A stretch of DNA of 64,000 bases from Macrostomum lignano (taxonomy: Eukaryota), in the NCBI GenBank assembly GCA_002269645.1, contig NIVC01001007.1, positions 248,001 to 312,000 on the forward strand, read 5' to 3'. A program made the position numbers and the translations under genes. How positions within the stretch are numbered: the first letter of the stretch is position 1; each line of letters begins with the position of its first letter. Shown piece by piece: positions 23,501 to 35,163 of this stretch. The notes under the pieces were generated by a model. It was given only the letters and a program-made list of their open reading frames with translations, did not search any database and was not told the DNA's origin.

Positions 23501-26285
23501 TTCTATCCCTATACTAAGCAGATTTATTTTGACCGTTTTCCTGGCAACGATCCGCGCGATTGTCCCCGAGATGCTGGACTGTACAGAGCGCGCCAGCTCG
23601 GCTGCAACAATGCCGAATGGCCGGATAAGTACGGGCACTACCGGGAGTCGAAGTACACGCAGACTAAACATCACTGGTTGTATAAAATGAATCGACTATT
23701 CGAACGGAGTCCCGTCTTAGCTAATTTTACTGGCCAATTTGTCTTTTTGGAAGAGGATCATTATGTTGTTGAAGATCTGCTGCACATGCTAAGGCTCATG
23801 GTTGCGGCTAGGAAAGAGTAAGTGACTTGATTGTTAGTAATTAATAAACTCGTTTGTTATTGATTAAGGATTGGTTAATTATTGTCTCATTGACTGAGGC
23901 GCTTGCAGTTCTCTGATTCAATGAGTGGTTTGGAATTCTCTGATTGGCTGATAATCTTTTTGAATTTCTCTGGTGGGATTCGCTTAAGCTTCTCTCATTG
24001 GCTAGAGCTCTGGTCTTCTCTGATTGGCTTAAGGTCGGTTTGGTCTTCTCTGATTGGCTGGAGGTCGGTTTGATCTTCTCTAATTAAATTGATGTCGGTT
24101 TGGTTTTCTCTGATTGGCAGGAGGTCGGTTTGATCTTCTCTGATTAACGGAGGTCGGTTTGGTCTTATCTGATTGGCTTGAGGTCGGTTTGGTTTTCTCT
24201 GATTGGCTTGAGGTCGGTTTGGTTTTTTCTGATTGGCTGGATTTCGGTTTGATCTATGATTGAATGGAGGTCGGTTTGGTCTTCTCTGATTGGCTTGAGG
24301 TCGGTTTGGTTTTTTCTGATTGGCTGGATTTCGGTTTGATCTATGATTGAATGGAGGTCGGTTTGGTCTTCTCTGATTGGCTTGAGGTCGGTTTGATCTT
24401 CTCTGATTGGTTGGAGCTCTGTTTAACCTGATTGGCTGGAGGTCCGTTCGGTTTTCTAGCTGGAGGTCTTTTTGGCACCCTTGATCGGTTTTAAAATCTG
24501 TTTTATACAAGCAAAAGGTTAAATTTTAAACTAATATTTCAGCCTAAGCCAGAATGTGGAAATTCTAACGCTGGGCACTTACGAAAAGAAGCCGGACTTT
24601 ACTCGCAACACAGCGCAGGTATGTTGCCCGCTTGTTTTCCTGTCTTGCACCTAATAAATGCTGATAGTGCTTGTGTTTAGCTTGTAAATAGATTTAACTA
24701 CGGTCTGTGTGACTGTTTACATAATTAAGTAATTTTAGTTCTAGCGAAGGCTTTCTTGTCTAACGAAAAGTGCACACAAACTTTTTGTGTTTGTCTATCT
24801 TCCATTCTTCCTTACAGTTTATGCTGCAAATCTCACTGCAAAGTTTACCTGTATTGTTTACTATTGTCAGCTTAATAAATGCTATTTATCGGATATTTTC
24901 TTATTTAAATAGATAATAATTTTACTTAACTTGTAAAATCATTTCATGAAGAAAAATTGTAACGGCAGTTTTTGTTTACAAGTACAAATGAACAGTCTGA
25001 TTAGGATAAACTATTGATTAAATTGCAGGTTGTTGTTGACAAGTGGGTATCCAGCTTTCACAATATGGGCATGTCCTTTTCGCGTGCGATTTGGGACCAG
25101 ATAAAACCTTGTCTACCGGTGAGTTAACTCTTGGTTATTAATTATCTGATTGGTCAGTGACTGATTGAGCAGCTTGTGGCGCTCTCTGATTGGTCAGTGA
25201 CTGACTGAGTATCCTTTGGCGCTCTCTGATTGGTCAGTGACTGACTGAGTATCCTTTGGCGCTCTTTGATTGGTCAGTGACTGACTGAGTATCCTTTGGC
25301 GCTCTCTGATTGGTCAGTGACTGATTGAGCAGCTTGTGGTTGTGGCGTTCTCTGATTGGTCAGTGACTGATTGAGCAGCTTGTGGCGCTCTCTGATTGGT
25401 CAGTGACTGACTGAGTATCCTTTGGCGCTCTCTGATTGGTCAGTGACTGATTGAGCAGCTTGTGGTTGTGGCGTTCTCTGATTGGTCAGTGACTGATTGA
25501 GCAGCTTGTGGCGCTCTCTGATTGGTCAGTGACTGACTGAGTATCCTTTGGCGCTCTCTGATTGGTCAGTGACTGACTGAGTATCCTTTGGCTTTCTCTG
25601 ATTGGTCAGTGACTGACTGAGTATCCTTTGGCGCTCTCTGATTGGTCAGTGACTGATTGAGCAGCTTGTGGCGCTCTCTGATTGGTCAGTGACTGACTAA
25701 ACAGCCTGCGGCGCTCTCTGATTAATCGGTGACTGAATAAGTAGCCTGCGGCGCTCTCTGGTTGGTCAGTAACTGATTGAGTAACCTGCAGCGCTCTTTG
25801 ATTGGTCAGTGACTTATTGAGTAGCCTGGGATGCTCTGTGATTGGTCAGTAGGAGAATGACCTGCATGTCTGTGATTGGTCCGTGCAAATCCACTCTTCC
25901 ACTCTACATACAGGCATTCTGTTCATTTGACGACTACAACTGGGACTGGTCGCTGAACCACATCCTTACTAAGTGCACTAAACGACCATTTCAAACCATG
26001 GTAATCCGAATCAGTCCTCGAGTATTTCACATTGGCCAATGCGGCGTGCATCACAAAAACAAAGTGTGCAATCCTGCATTGTTAAGCAGCAAACTAGATA
26101 GAATGCTGGCAAACAATATTGCCAAACTATATCCGGATCAGCTGATGTTCAATGCCAAACTGAAAATCCGAGCCAGAGCCTTGAAACCGAACGGCGGCTG
26201 GGGTGACCTTCGAGATCGCCGGTTGTGCTCGAGTTTCTTTAATTCTAGCGAGTCTCCCCCATCTGGTCTACCATACGGTATGTGA
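20537..26285 (+). CDS. MGAT2: Alpha-1,6-mannosyl-glycoprotein 2-beta-N-acetylglucosaminyltransferase (GnT-II), ~520 aa
   Basis: Exons are 20537-20851, ~22209-22601 (exact acceptor uncertain), 23498-23817, 24543-24618, 25029-25118 and 25914-26285, with consistent phases. N-terminal TM anchor plus motifs VVQVHDRIGYL, LVFSHD, FPGNDPRDCPRD, YGHYRE..TQTKHHW, FLEEDHY, HNMG, FCSFDDYNWDWSL, PRVFHIGQCGVHHK and GGWGDLRD. Confidence 0.95.
20985..22090. repeat. 14-bp minisatellite ATCCTCTGTGCC(CA/CG/TC) in MGAT2 intron 1
   Basis: About 1.1-kb array with a 406-bp higher-order duplication. Confidence 0.97.
22630..23380. repeat. 68-72-bp minisatellite (11 copies) in MGAT2 intron 2, each with GTCACGTGAT and CAGCTG
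   Basis: TGTCACGTGA starts at 22651, 22723, 22792, 22861, 22930, 22999, 23068, 23137, 23205, 23273 and 23341. Confidence 0.97.
23930..24440. repeat. ~30-bp degenerate minisatellite (CTCTGATTGGCTTGAGGTCGGTTTGGTCTT) in MGAT2 intron 3
   Basis: Directly visible. Confidence 0.9.
25140..25870. repeat. 40-bp minisatellite (CTCTCTGATTGGTCAGTGACTGACTGAGTATCCTTTGGCG) in MGAT2 intron 5
   Basis: Directly visible, roughly 18 copies with two alternating variants. Confidence 0.95.
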
Positions 26286-28037
26286 CAGGCATGCACTGTC
26301 GGAGCCCGTAACTAATAGTCTATGGCAGATAGATAGAAAGGCTATGGCAGTCTCTAATTAAAACTAATCTTGCCTACTCCTTTTTAATAATATAATTAAT
26401 CAAAATTGGACTACCTTTAGTAGAAAAAAAGAAGACTTTACTGCGCTTTTTTGAGTAAGCTCTCGGCTGTTAATAAAGGCACTTACTCATTTTGAGCAAT
26501 AATAGAGTTTTTCTGACGCGCGATCAGAGACTAGAGTGTAGTATTATTTGCAAATAAATATACGTGTACTTTATTTTTCACTCTTATTTTTTGGCTTCCT
26601 TGTCTCATTTCTGTTATTATCAATTTTTTTTTCAAATGGCTTCCCGTTAAATTACACAGTAAATAATTGTTTGCTATTGTTTTCACTTGCATGTCTTTTT
26701 TTGTTGCTATGGTGACTACTCGTACTGCTAAGCTATTAAAATTTAAGTTTAACGTAGAAAATGCAAGCAAAGAAACGTTGGAATTAGAGTTTTTGTTTCT
26801 TTCGAATAAGCGACAATCACAGATACTAGAATAACTATAATATTGGCCACTCAGCACATTTGCGTGTTAACTACTTTCAGTTAAGTAGTAAGTTAAATAG
26901 AGGGCATTTATTGTATTTTGAAAGCCAAAGCTCATTTATTTATTGGCTCTTACCTCACAGCCTAAACCCCCCGCCCCAATTTTTATTGCCATTCTTGGAA
27001 TTCCAGCCTTGAGCTGCCATGTACATTTCAGTGGACTGGCTATAATGTACATTATTGCTGAACCAATTAGCAAGCTGTTTACGCCTGCAAGTTTGGCTGT
27101 TAAACTTATCAAAGTCATTTCAGCTGCTTTATATAAAAAATTGCTTATGTATTCTTCTTTGCTACTGAACTGGAAGTAGAAAGCTGCTTTACTAAGCATA
27201 TATGCCTGAGTGGCCCATTTAGTTATTGTAGAATCTGTAGCCTCAATCAAATTTGCTTCTGTTTGTTATACCTTTATAAATGGCACCAAACTAGATTTTA
27301 GACAAGTTCAATATTTTTCATATTTAAAGACGCAAAAACTAGAAAGCATAGTCAAGTACTGAGACTAAGCAGAAATCTAACGTTTAAGTTTAGAAACAAG
27401 CTCTTGCAGGCGTAAACAACTTGCTACATGTAAGTGGTTCAGCAAAAATGTACATGGGCAGATTTAGGCTGAAAAGCAATAAAATGGGGCGGGGGTGGGG
27501 GTATTGTGGAAAGGCGCGGTTAGAGGGTTTAAGCTGGGGGTCAGAGCTGACGCAGAGTTGGGCTGGGCGAGGAGAGATTTGGAAGAGCGGAGGGCAAATA
27601 TTGGATGAATTGTATAGCTTCCGCCGGGTTTTGTATTGTTTTTTAAAGAATTTTTTTATATCAAAATGGTTGGGCAAGTTGATAGACGCTAGTCGAAAGA
27701 CACTGCTCACTGGGTAAAGGGTGGCGACTTTTCAATGTTGTTGAGTATATTTTAGATTCAACGCGCTCCCTATACACAGTCCCCAGACAATCTGAGTAGG
27801 CTGGATGATGAGACTTTGAAGATTATAGAGGTTGGATAATGGGATGACGTCATCCAACTCGGTCTCCAGACAATTGTAGAAGCATGGGTTGAATATGACT
27901 GGATTGACTGGTCATGTCTTAAATTGAATACTCTCTGGTTAAATACTCTTGAATACTCTACACGAGTTTCAGCACGCGTAGACTTAAGTGGAACCTCAAA
28001 AAACAAAACTTCTATGGCTTAGAAAGCTATTTTCAGC

Positions 28038-29107
28038 ATAGCTTTTTGCAGCCTATTGGGGTTTAGGCGCATTGAATTGAATCTAAGACACGTTTGCCAA
28101 TGTAACGGAACTTTTGTCTATGGTAGCAAGGCTGGCACAGCCGCATTTAATTTGGTCCAAACGCTCGTGAGCCATTCGACAAATTCTTGCCTTCTCGCAA
28201 CTGTCTGCAGGTTGTTGTGTACCCAGTGACGGCGCAGGGGGGGGGGGCGGCTGCCCCCGGGTGACCACAGGTCACTGCCTCAAGGGGGGTGACCACCCCA
28301 TCATCCCCACGGCCCTCGAAAAGACCCTAGGAAGGGAGGGCAGATGGTCACCCCCTGCAATGCAACTTGTATCAATGATTAAAAATGCATTTTTATAAGA
28401 ACTTTCGTGTTGTACATTCGTTTTGTAAGAAGTGTGTCATAAATTGTTCGTAATTTTTTACTTTCTTAGAAAATTTGTTTTCTAATTCAAATGTTTTTAT
28501 TTGTTTAATTACGATTGGTAGGGGAAGGGGGTGACCACCTAACTACTGCCCCCAACCAGAGATACTGCACCGCCACTGTGTGTTACCGCAGAAATGTCAG
28601 CGTCTCTACCAAAAATTTTCATTCGTTTTACCAGAGCTCTGCTGATAGTCAAAATCTGATAACCAACTGGAACTGTTCAACGTAAACAAAAGGTTCGTAT
28701 CAACTGCGTCGAGTAGCAGTTGAACCTGAGGACCTTGAGTCAACTTGCCACAATTCGGTTGCCATCCTTTCGCAGGCAATCTCTGCCGGCAGAGTTTCAA
28801 CGCGTTGATGAATGATTTAGCAACCTTGCAATGTCCTTTGGCTGTTCACCTCTGTGGAGTGCTTCGATTATAAGCCAATGGCATTCGTTCGACAGCCTTG
28901 CATATGGTCCACAATTCTGGGGCTGATCTCTGATCTTTCTCCGTAGCAATTTCAAAAGAAGCTATGGACCAAATTAAGTGCTTGTTGGACCAAATTAAAT
29001 GCCGCTGTGCCAGCCTTGCTACCATAGACAGGAGCTCCGTGACATTGGCAAACGTGTCTTGGATTACAGTCAATGCGCGTAAGCTTAAATGGGCTGCAAA
29101 AAGCTAT
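28038..29107. mobile_element. Non-autonomous element with ~130-bp imperfect TIRs
   Basis: 28038-28160 (ATAGCTTTTTGCAGCC...GACACGTTTGCCAATGT...GTCTATGGTAGCAAGGCTGGCACAGC...GCATTTAATTTGGTCCAA) is the reverse complement of ~28986-29107. Confidence 0.75.
28224..28578. mobile_element. hAT-type MITE (355 bp) nested inside the 28038-29107 element
   Basis: Ends are CAGTGACGGCGCAG and CTGCACCGCCACTG (reverse complement CAGTGGCGGTGCAG). Flanks TGTGTACC and TGTGTTACC form a degenerate TSD. Confidence 0.7.
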
Positions 29108-29944
29108 ATTTAAAGTATGTTATTAACATTGCCCAATATTGGTTCAAGTATTGTGTTTATTTAATCGATGTTTTTAATCGCAAATTGGTGCGTACTATGT
29201 GTAATGGATGTCTGTCTCATCGAATACTTCTCAGCACAACTAAAAAGAAACATTTATTATTAAACTAGTATATTGAAACTATAGCAATTATTGTTAATTT
29301 TTGTTTTGTTTGTTTTCTATAACACTTAAAGCTACATTTAAAGGCAAATGGTTTCACATTTTATTATTTTTGACACTGCATATTTACTTCGGTTCAGTGA
29401 AGAGTAACTAAAAATAAACTATTTTTCTAGAAAAAAGCTTCAACAAGCTCTGCAAGGATGGCCTCGTTTAAATTTGTAAGTTCACCGTGAAAATTGGTTA
29501 TACACAAGTTTTGTCGTTTTTAAGCAAATTTAAAACGCATTTGCGAAATTATAACAATTCAACGCTACTAACTGCTAATAGAGCACTGCATCCCGTTGGG
29601 TTTTATATGGATAGGAGTACATTTTCAAAGACGTTACATCCTTGTAAATTTGTTTATTTTCATCCGGGCACAACCAGCGCTGACGGCGATTCCTACCCAT
29701 TCCGTTTGACTCCTGGACACATACAAGTGCGCCAATACTGTAGACTCTGTGCCTTTAGTAGGTGTCTAGCGCACTTTTAGTAAAGTCCACTGCTGTAGTG
29801 TGGCCAGCGAATGAAGTGATGGCGAATTACAGTTGCTCGTATCTTATTGCTCTTATCTTACTCCTGGCTATAGTTGTCCTACATGTAGTGGCTTTGCTCG
29901 CCACTAACCGGTTCACACAGACTACTTCGAGCGTTAGTATACAT

Positions 29945-30570
29945 GTAGGTCGCCCTTCGGGGCGCCCAATAAGCAAGGAGCAAAATTTAGTTAATGGAAA
30001 AAAAATATTAAAAACACATTTTCTTAAACCAATTCTTTCTTCACTTTTAAAAATCACCTTATTCAAGTAAAATTGTCACGGACAATGATATATGCTATAT
30101 GAATCTCTTTTTTTCTAAAATCTATAAACAGACAACAAAATATAGCTTTCAAAAAGATAACAGACATTCCCCCTAAATAGAAAATATTTCCAAGAAAGCA
30201 AGCCCCCCCGCGGACATGCCAATACTTGTTTCCCCCACCACCCAACCTTGTGACCCGTTATGAAAATGAGTGCCTGTGGCGCTAAAGTGAGTGCCTGCGG
30301 CGCCAAAATGAGTGCCTGCTACGGCGCCAAAATGAGTACCTGTGGCGCTAAAATGAGAGCCTGCTGCGGTGGTAAAATGAGTGCCTGCTATGGCGCTAAA
30401 ATGAGAGCCTGCTGCGGTGGTAAAATGAGTGCCTGCGGCGCCAAAATGAGTGCCTGCGGTGCTAAAATGAGAGCCTGCTGCGGTGCTAAAATGAGAGCCT
30501 GCTGCGGTGCTAAAATGAGAGCCTGCTGCGGTGCTAAAATGAGTGCAGCTGCGGCGCCTGCTCTGAAATG
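29945..30570 (-). mobile_element. Second copy of the hairpin-ended repeat, carrying a 21/24-bp tandem array (GCTAAAATGAGAGCCTGCTGCGGT) at 30260-30560
   Basis: Homology to 15640-15899 and a perfect hairpin CGCCC-TTCG-GGGCG at 29951-29964. Confidence 0.7.
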
Positions 30571-32204
30571 ACAGGACCGATTCTGAAAATATTGCGCTTG
30601 TAGAAATTTAGTTATGTACATGTACACGTAGAATTCGATCTTGGCTTCCAACCCCCTCCCAACATAATGTACCAGCGTAAAATCCATGTCAACACCCCTG
30701 ACAAAGTGTAGGTCGCATTTTCATTCGACCAATACAATATAAAACGAGATTTTTTTAATTATAAAAACTGTTATTGCTATAGAGAAATCAATAAGGTTCC
30801 CTAATTAAACAGATAAAAGTATAAATCTAGGTTTTTGGCTTTTTAAGTCGGTTCGCAGCTCTTGCGCAACAGACTGCCTTGGTTTCAGCTCTTACCAACG
30901 CGCCTCACCCCTGACTCTGTGCTCTGTCAGCTACCTACTGTAGCTTAGGAAGACGCAGCTACCGGATGTGGACTCCAACCGGATGGACGCGAAGCCCCAG
31001 TCTCTAGTCGAGACGTTTCCGGAGACTTACGCAGCCGCCCAAGCAGAAGGAGCCACCGCAGCCGCCTCCGCCTCCTCCGAAGCCGCCGTGGCAGGCGCTG
31101 CCACCACCGGCGCTGCCACCGACGAAGCCTTCGGCCGGACCGCCGCCTCACTCGCCATCGTTGGAGCTGCGCCTCGGGTTGACGGGCCTGCCGAGCCAGC
31201 CAGCGCCGCAGCCGCCATGGTTGGTGGTGCTGAAAGTGCCGCTTGGATCATTGGAGCCCGGCTGGCCGTTGCTGCCTCCAAATCCTGAGCCTACATGTAG
31301 GCCGAGCCTGAGCCGACCTGTCCTGGCCTTCCTGCGCAGAGTTCCAACCAAAATTATTACTGAGTATCGGACGCCTCAAGACGCCCCTAAATAGTGTAGA
31401 CTTTCATTCATTCACAACATGCTACTATAAGTAGAGTAATCCAAACACGCGAAGTAAAACTAAAACTTTGAATCATGTTACTTTTTAACGCAAGAGATAG
31501 CCATGATATTACCCTTTATAGCGTAGACAATGAATCATGACCCCAAATAAGGTAAACAGTGTCCTTCATCCCCTATTGTATTTACAAAAATTCTATTAAA
31601 CTGTCAAAAGGGTCAAATTTATTTAACCTCTTCACCCCATCAAACTAAACCGGAATCAGTCTTAATCTCTGAGAGAAAAATCCGTTCCGTTTGGTAAGCC
31701 TTCTGAGATGTCAGTTGTTCTTTGATTATTGAGAGCTGAATTATTATCGATGGTCGTTGGTCGAACGGTTTCTATTGAATTTTGAAAGGCCTTACTAGTT
31801 CGACCTAAGGGATTGAATAGGATTCTTTTGAACCGGTTCCGTGATACTCCGATTATTGACTTCTGATTGACTTTGATACCTTATATAGTAACAGATAGGG
31901 GCACACGACTCAGATTCCGTTATTTCTAGAAGAATTAAGACGCCCTTTCTGGGGGAGGGCGCATTTTCGATATTGATTTCCGAGCTCGAGGAACACACTA
32001 ACGCCGACGAATCGAATTGTTACGTTGCTCTCGTACACGGCCGACTTCAGAATCGACAAGGAGAACCCCGGGGAAAATACTAAGAAGACTAAGTGAAGAA
32101 TCTGGCGAACAATAAGAGACTGCCACGGTAAGCGAGCACTTGAATTTGTTCCCAGACTTGCGGTCTGGAAGTGCGAGTTCGTGCGTTTAGACACGACGTT
32201 ATTC

Positions 32205-34350
32205 TCTTGACTTACTTGACTTAGCTGCAGGGGGCGTCCGGCGGATGCAGCGAGGAGGCGGAGGAGACTGCCCATTCCGCTAGCCCCTGGCGACCAAAGA
32301 CTTCCATCGAAGTGATGTCGCTCAGGGGGACCCGTCGGTCTCGCCTGCAGCGCGGTCCTCCTCACCGGCTGTGGGGAAGAGCTCAGCTCGTCCCGTGTCC
32401 CTGAGGTACCGGGCGAGCAGCGGGATGCTCTCGGGCCTGCAAACGTCGGAGAGAACCGGGTTTGGCCCGAGGTGAGTGAGCTTGTCCCTGGTGAAAACCG
32501 GGCAGTGGCAGATAAAGTGCTCGGCGTTCTCACTGCCTGAGCGGCAGAAGGGGCACCGCTCCTCGGGTACTTGGCCCTGGAGGAAGCCGTGGCGAGAGAA
32601 GCAGCCATGCCCGGAGAGGGCCATGCTAACTGCTCTGAGGTCTCTGCGGTTGAGCCTGAGGAGGGCTCTACGCAGGAGAGGAGAGGGGCAGGGGACGGTC
32701 GCACGAGATTGCCTACAATTCCGGGTGTCGTGCCACCTGCGGAGATGCTCGGAGTCAGTCCAGCGCTTAACGCGGGAGTTGATCACCGAGGCGGGGATGG
32801 GGGCTCCCGGGCCCGGCCCCAGCAGCGCGCCGGCGGAGCCAGCCTTGGCCAGCAGGTCAGCGCGCTCGTTGCCGAGGAAGCCGGCGTGGCCCGGGATCCA
32901 TCTGAGCTCCACCTGGTTGCCTAGCGCAAGCCCGTTGAGCTGGGTGTTGCAGTCCAGGACGGACCTGGAGCTGGCGGTGCTGCGGCAGAGGGCCCGAAGG
33001 GCTGCTTGGCTGTCAGAGTGAAAAATAAATTTCCGACTGCTAAGCTGCCTTCGGCGCAGCTCTGCCGCGCAGGAGCTGATGGCAAGCACCTCGCTCTGAA
33101 AAACACTGGAGTTGAGCCCAGTGTGCTGGGAGTAGCTCCACACCACTTCTCCCTTGAAGAAGACGCAAGCTCCGAAGCCTGAAAGACCATGCCTCATAGA
33201 GCCGTCAGTGTAACAGTAGACTTCAGAATCGCTCCAGCTGTCACTCGCCTCTTGTCGAGGCTGAATAGTGACCTTATACCTTTGGCTGAGGAGAAGGGTG
33301 GCTGGGATTGAGTCCGTGAGGATGTTAAGCCCGCCACACTCCTCGAGAGCCTTGAGGCAGAGGTCAGAGTGCGGGATAAGCGACCGCTTCTTAAAGGCCC
33401 GCACTTTTTTGAAGGCCACCCCAGCATCCAGAAGACGCCGGGTGCTCTTCGCCGCCTCTCCTTTGATATAAATATCCAGAGGAGGGGCACAGAGGAAGGT
33501 ATTCATGCCTTCAAAAGGAGTAGAGGGTGGGGCGCCCATAGTCATGCGGCAGGCTCACACGAGGCTGGCGTAACTGATCGAGGGGCGGATGATGGCAGTG
33601 TAAATCCACCACAGCTTCCTGGGGTGAGCCCCCAGGTGGTGCCCACGGCGCGCCTGATCTGAGCCAGGACAGCCAGGGCTTTTTTGGCTTTAGCTTGAAT
33701 GTGCGGAGTCTAGTTAAGCCTGTGGTCCAGAGTGAGGCCCAGAAAGCGGACCTGCTTCTCCATGGAAATATTCTTTCCATAGAGGGTGAGGGGCTTAATG
33801 GTCCAGAGCAGTTTGTTGGTAAACATGACCGCTGTGGTTTTCGACTCTGAGAGTCTAAGGCCACATTGGTTAGCCCAACGCTCCGCTCGTCCCAGAAAGC
33901 CCTGCAGAAGGTCTCTGATGGTATCAACCGAGGGGCCGCGCATATCGCGGTCACATCATCGGCTAAGCCCTTCGCAATATTGGCGCCACTTGGCCGTCTT
34001 GGCCCTTCTGACTTGGCCCTTAAACTCGTGGATCGCACGGGTATAGGCCTCTCTATCAGAAGGGTCTTTGGTTTTGAGCGCTCGCCTTTGGAGGGTCCTG
34101 GCTGATCGGCGCCGAAGGGCCCCGAGCTCTGGGTTCCACCAGGGAGCAGATTTCTTCTTGCCTTTGTAGGGCTTTAGAGGGCAGGCTGCTTCAAAGGCAG
34201 TGGTGATCGCCCCTCCCAGGGAGGAGGCGAGATCATCCACCACCTGGCAGTCAGAGAGGTCACTGGGGGGGGGTCAAGATCCCGAAGGCCGCGGTTCAGC
34301 TTCGAGCCAAAGGCGACCCAATCGGTGTTCCTGACGTTCCGACTCCAAGT
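32205..34350 (-). mobile_element. 5'-truncated, internally deleted non-LTR retrotransposon of the I/LOA/R1 group (RT C-terminal half, RNase H, Zn knuckle, 3' UTR)
   Basis: Motifs APWWNPEL...AKWRQYC, ADDV, LRLSESKT, VRFLGLTLD, YTDGS, FQSEVLAI, SDSQAAL, WIPGHAGFLGNERADLLAK and CPFC..ENAEHFICHCP. The 3' end is (TAAGTCAAG)2. There is a TAG at ~33710 and frameshifts. Confidence 0.92.
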
Positions 34351-34579
34351 GATATAGCGTTTTGCCTTTCTTATAGCTCTATTTATATTCATAAAGCTTT
34401 TCGTTCAGAAAATTAGAATTCTATGTTAATTTTACATCCCACGTGGATTTTCAAAACCTAAAAAATCATAAAAATGCATGGCACAGCTCGACTAATTGGT
34501 TTTATGAATCTACCTTATCATTTCAGTTACACATTTTGTTAGCTCGTTCACAGTGTCAGCTAAGAACGTACGTATAGTT

Positions 34580-35163
34580 TCCCGTCTCCTCCGAGCTTGT
34601 GTGGAGCTGTACCGTTGCGTGGAGAGAGGCCCGCGGGTGGTCATCCCCACAAGCCTGGAAAGAGCGACTACCAATCGGTGAAGGCCTTCAGGCCTATCAG
34701 CCTCCTCTTTCTGACTTAAGCTTCTCGAAGACTGGTGCTTTGGCGCCTACTTTCGGTCGAGCTGAGGCGCTTCTCACTCTCGCAGAACCAGCACGCCTTC
34801 CGCGCGGGCAGGTCTACTGAGAGTGCCCTTCATGTCATTTAAGAATTGAATTGACTTCCCGGAGAGGGCTGTTCTTGGCAGCGGCTTTGCCTTCTCACTT
34901 TTCTTGGACATTGAGGGGGCCTTCGACGACAATGTCATTTTCGAGGCCTTTTGCAGAGCCCTGGAATCCAGGGCCACGCACCCCCACCTTGTCCGGTGGA
35001 TCGACGCATGTTCTTCCGGAACCGCGCGCACTGTCGTGGCCCACCTGAACGGCAGCTCTCTAACGGCGCCTGTCCAGAAAAGGGGCTCTCAGGGCGGGGT
35101 CCTCACCCCCGTTCTCTGGAAAATGGTCATGGATGAGTTGCTTTGCAGTGATCTCCATGACCC
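34580..35163 (+). pseudogene. Frameshifted RT fragment (domains 1-4) of the same LINE group, opposite orientation
   Basis: Reads (V)IP-KPGKSDYQSVKAFRPISLL, QHAFRAGRSTESALH, FLDIEGAFD and QGGVLTPVLW across several frameshifts. Confidence 0.85.

Noticed and set aside
29762-30070. ORF with a signal-peptide-like stretch (MANYSCSYLIALILLLAIVV...)
   Set aside because: It runs into the hairpin-ended repeat, and no consistent splice partner or downstream exon was found.
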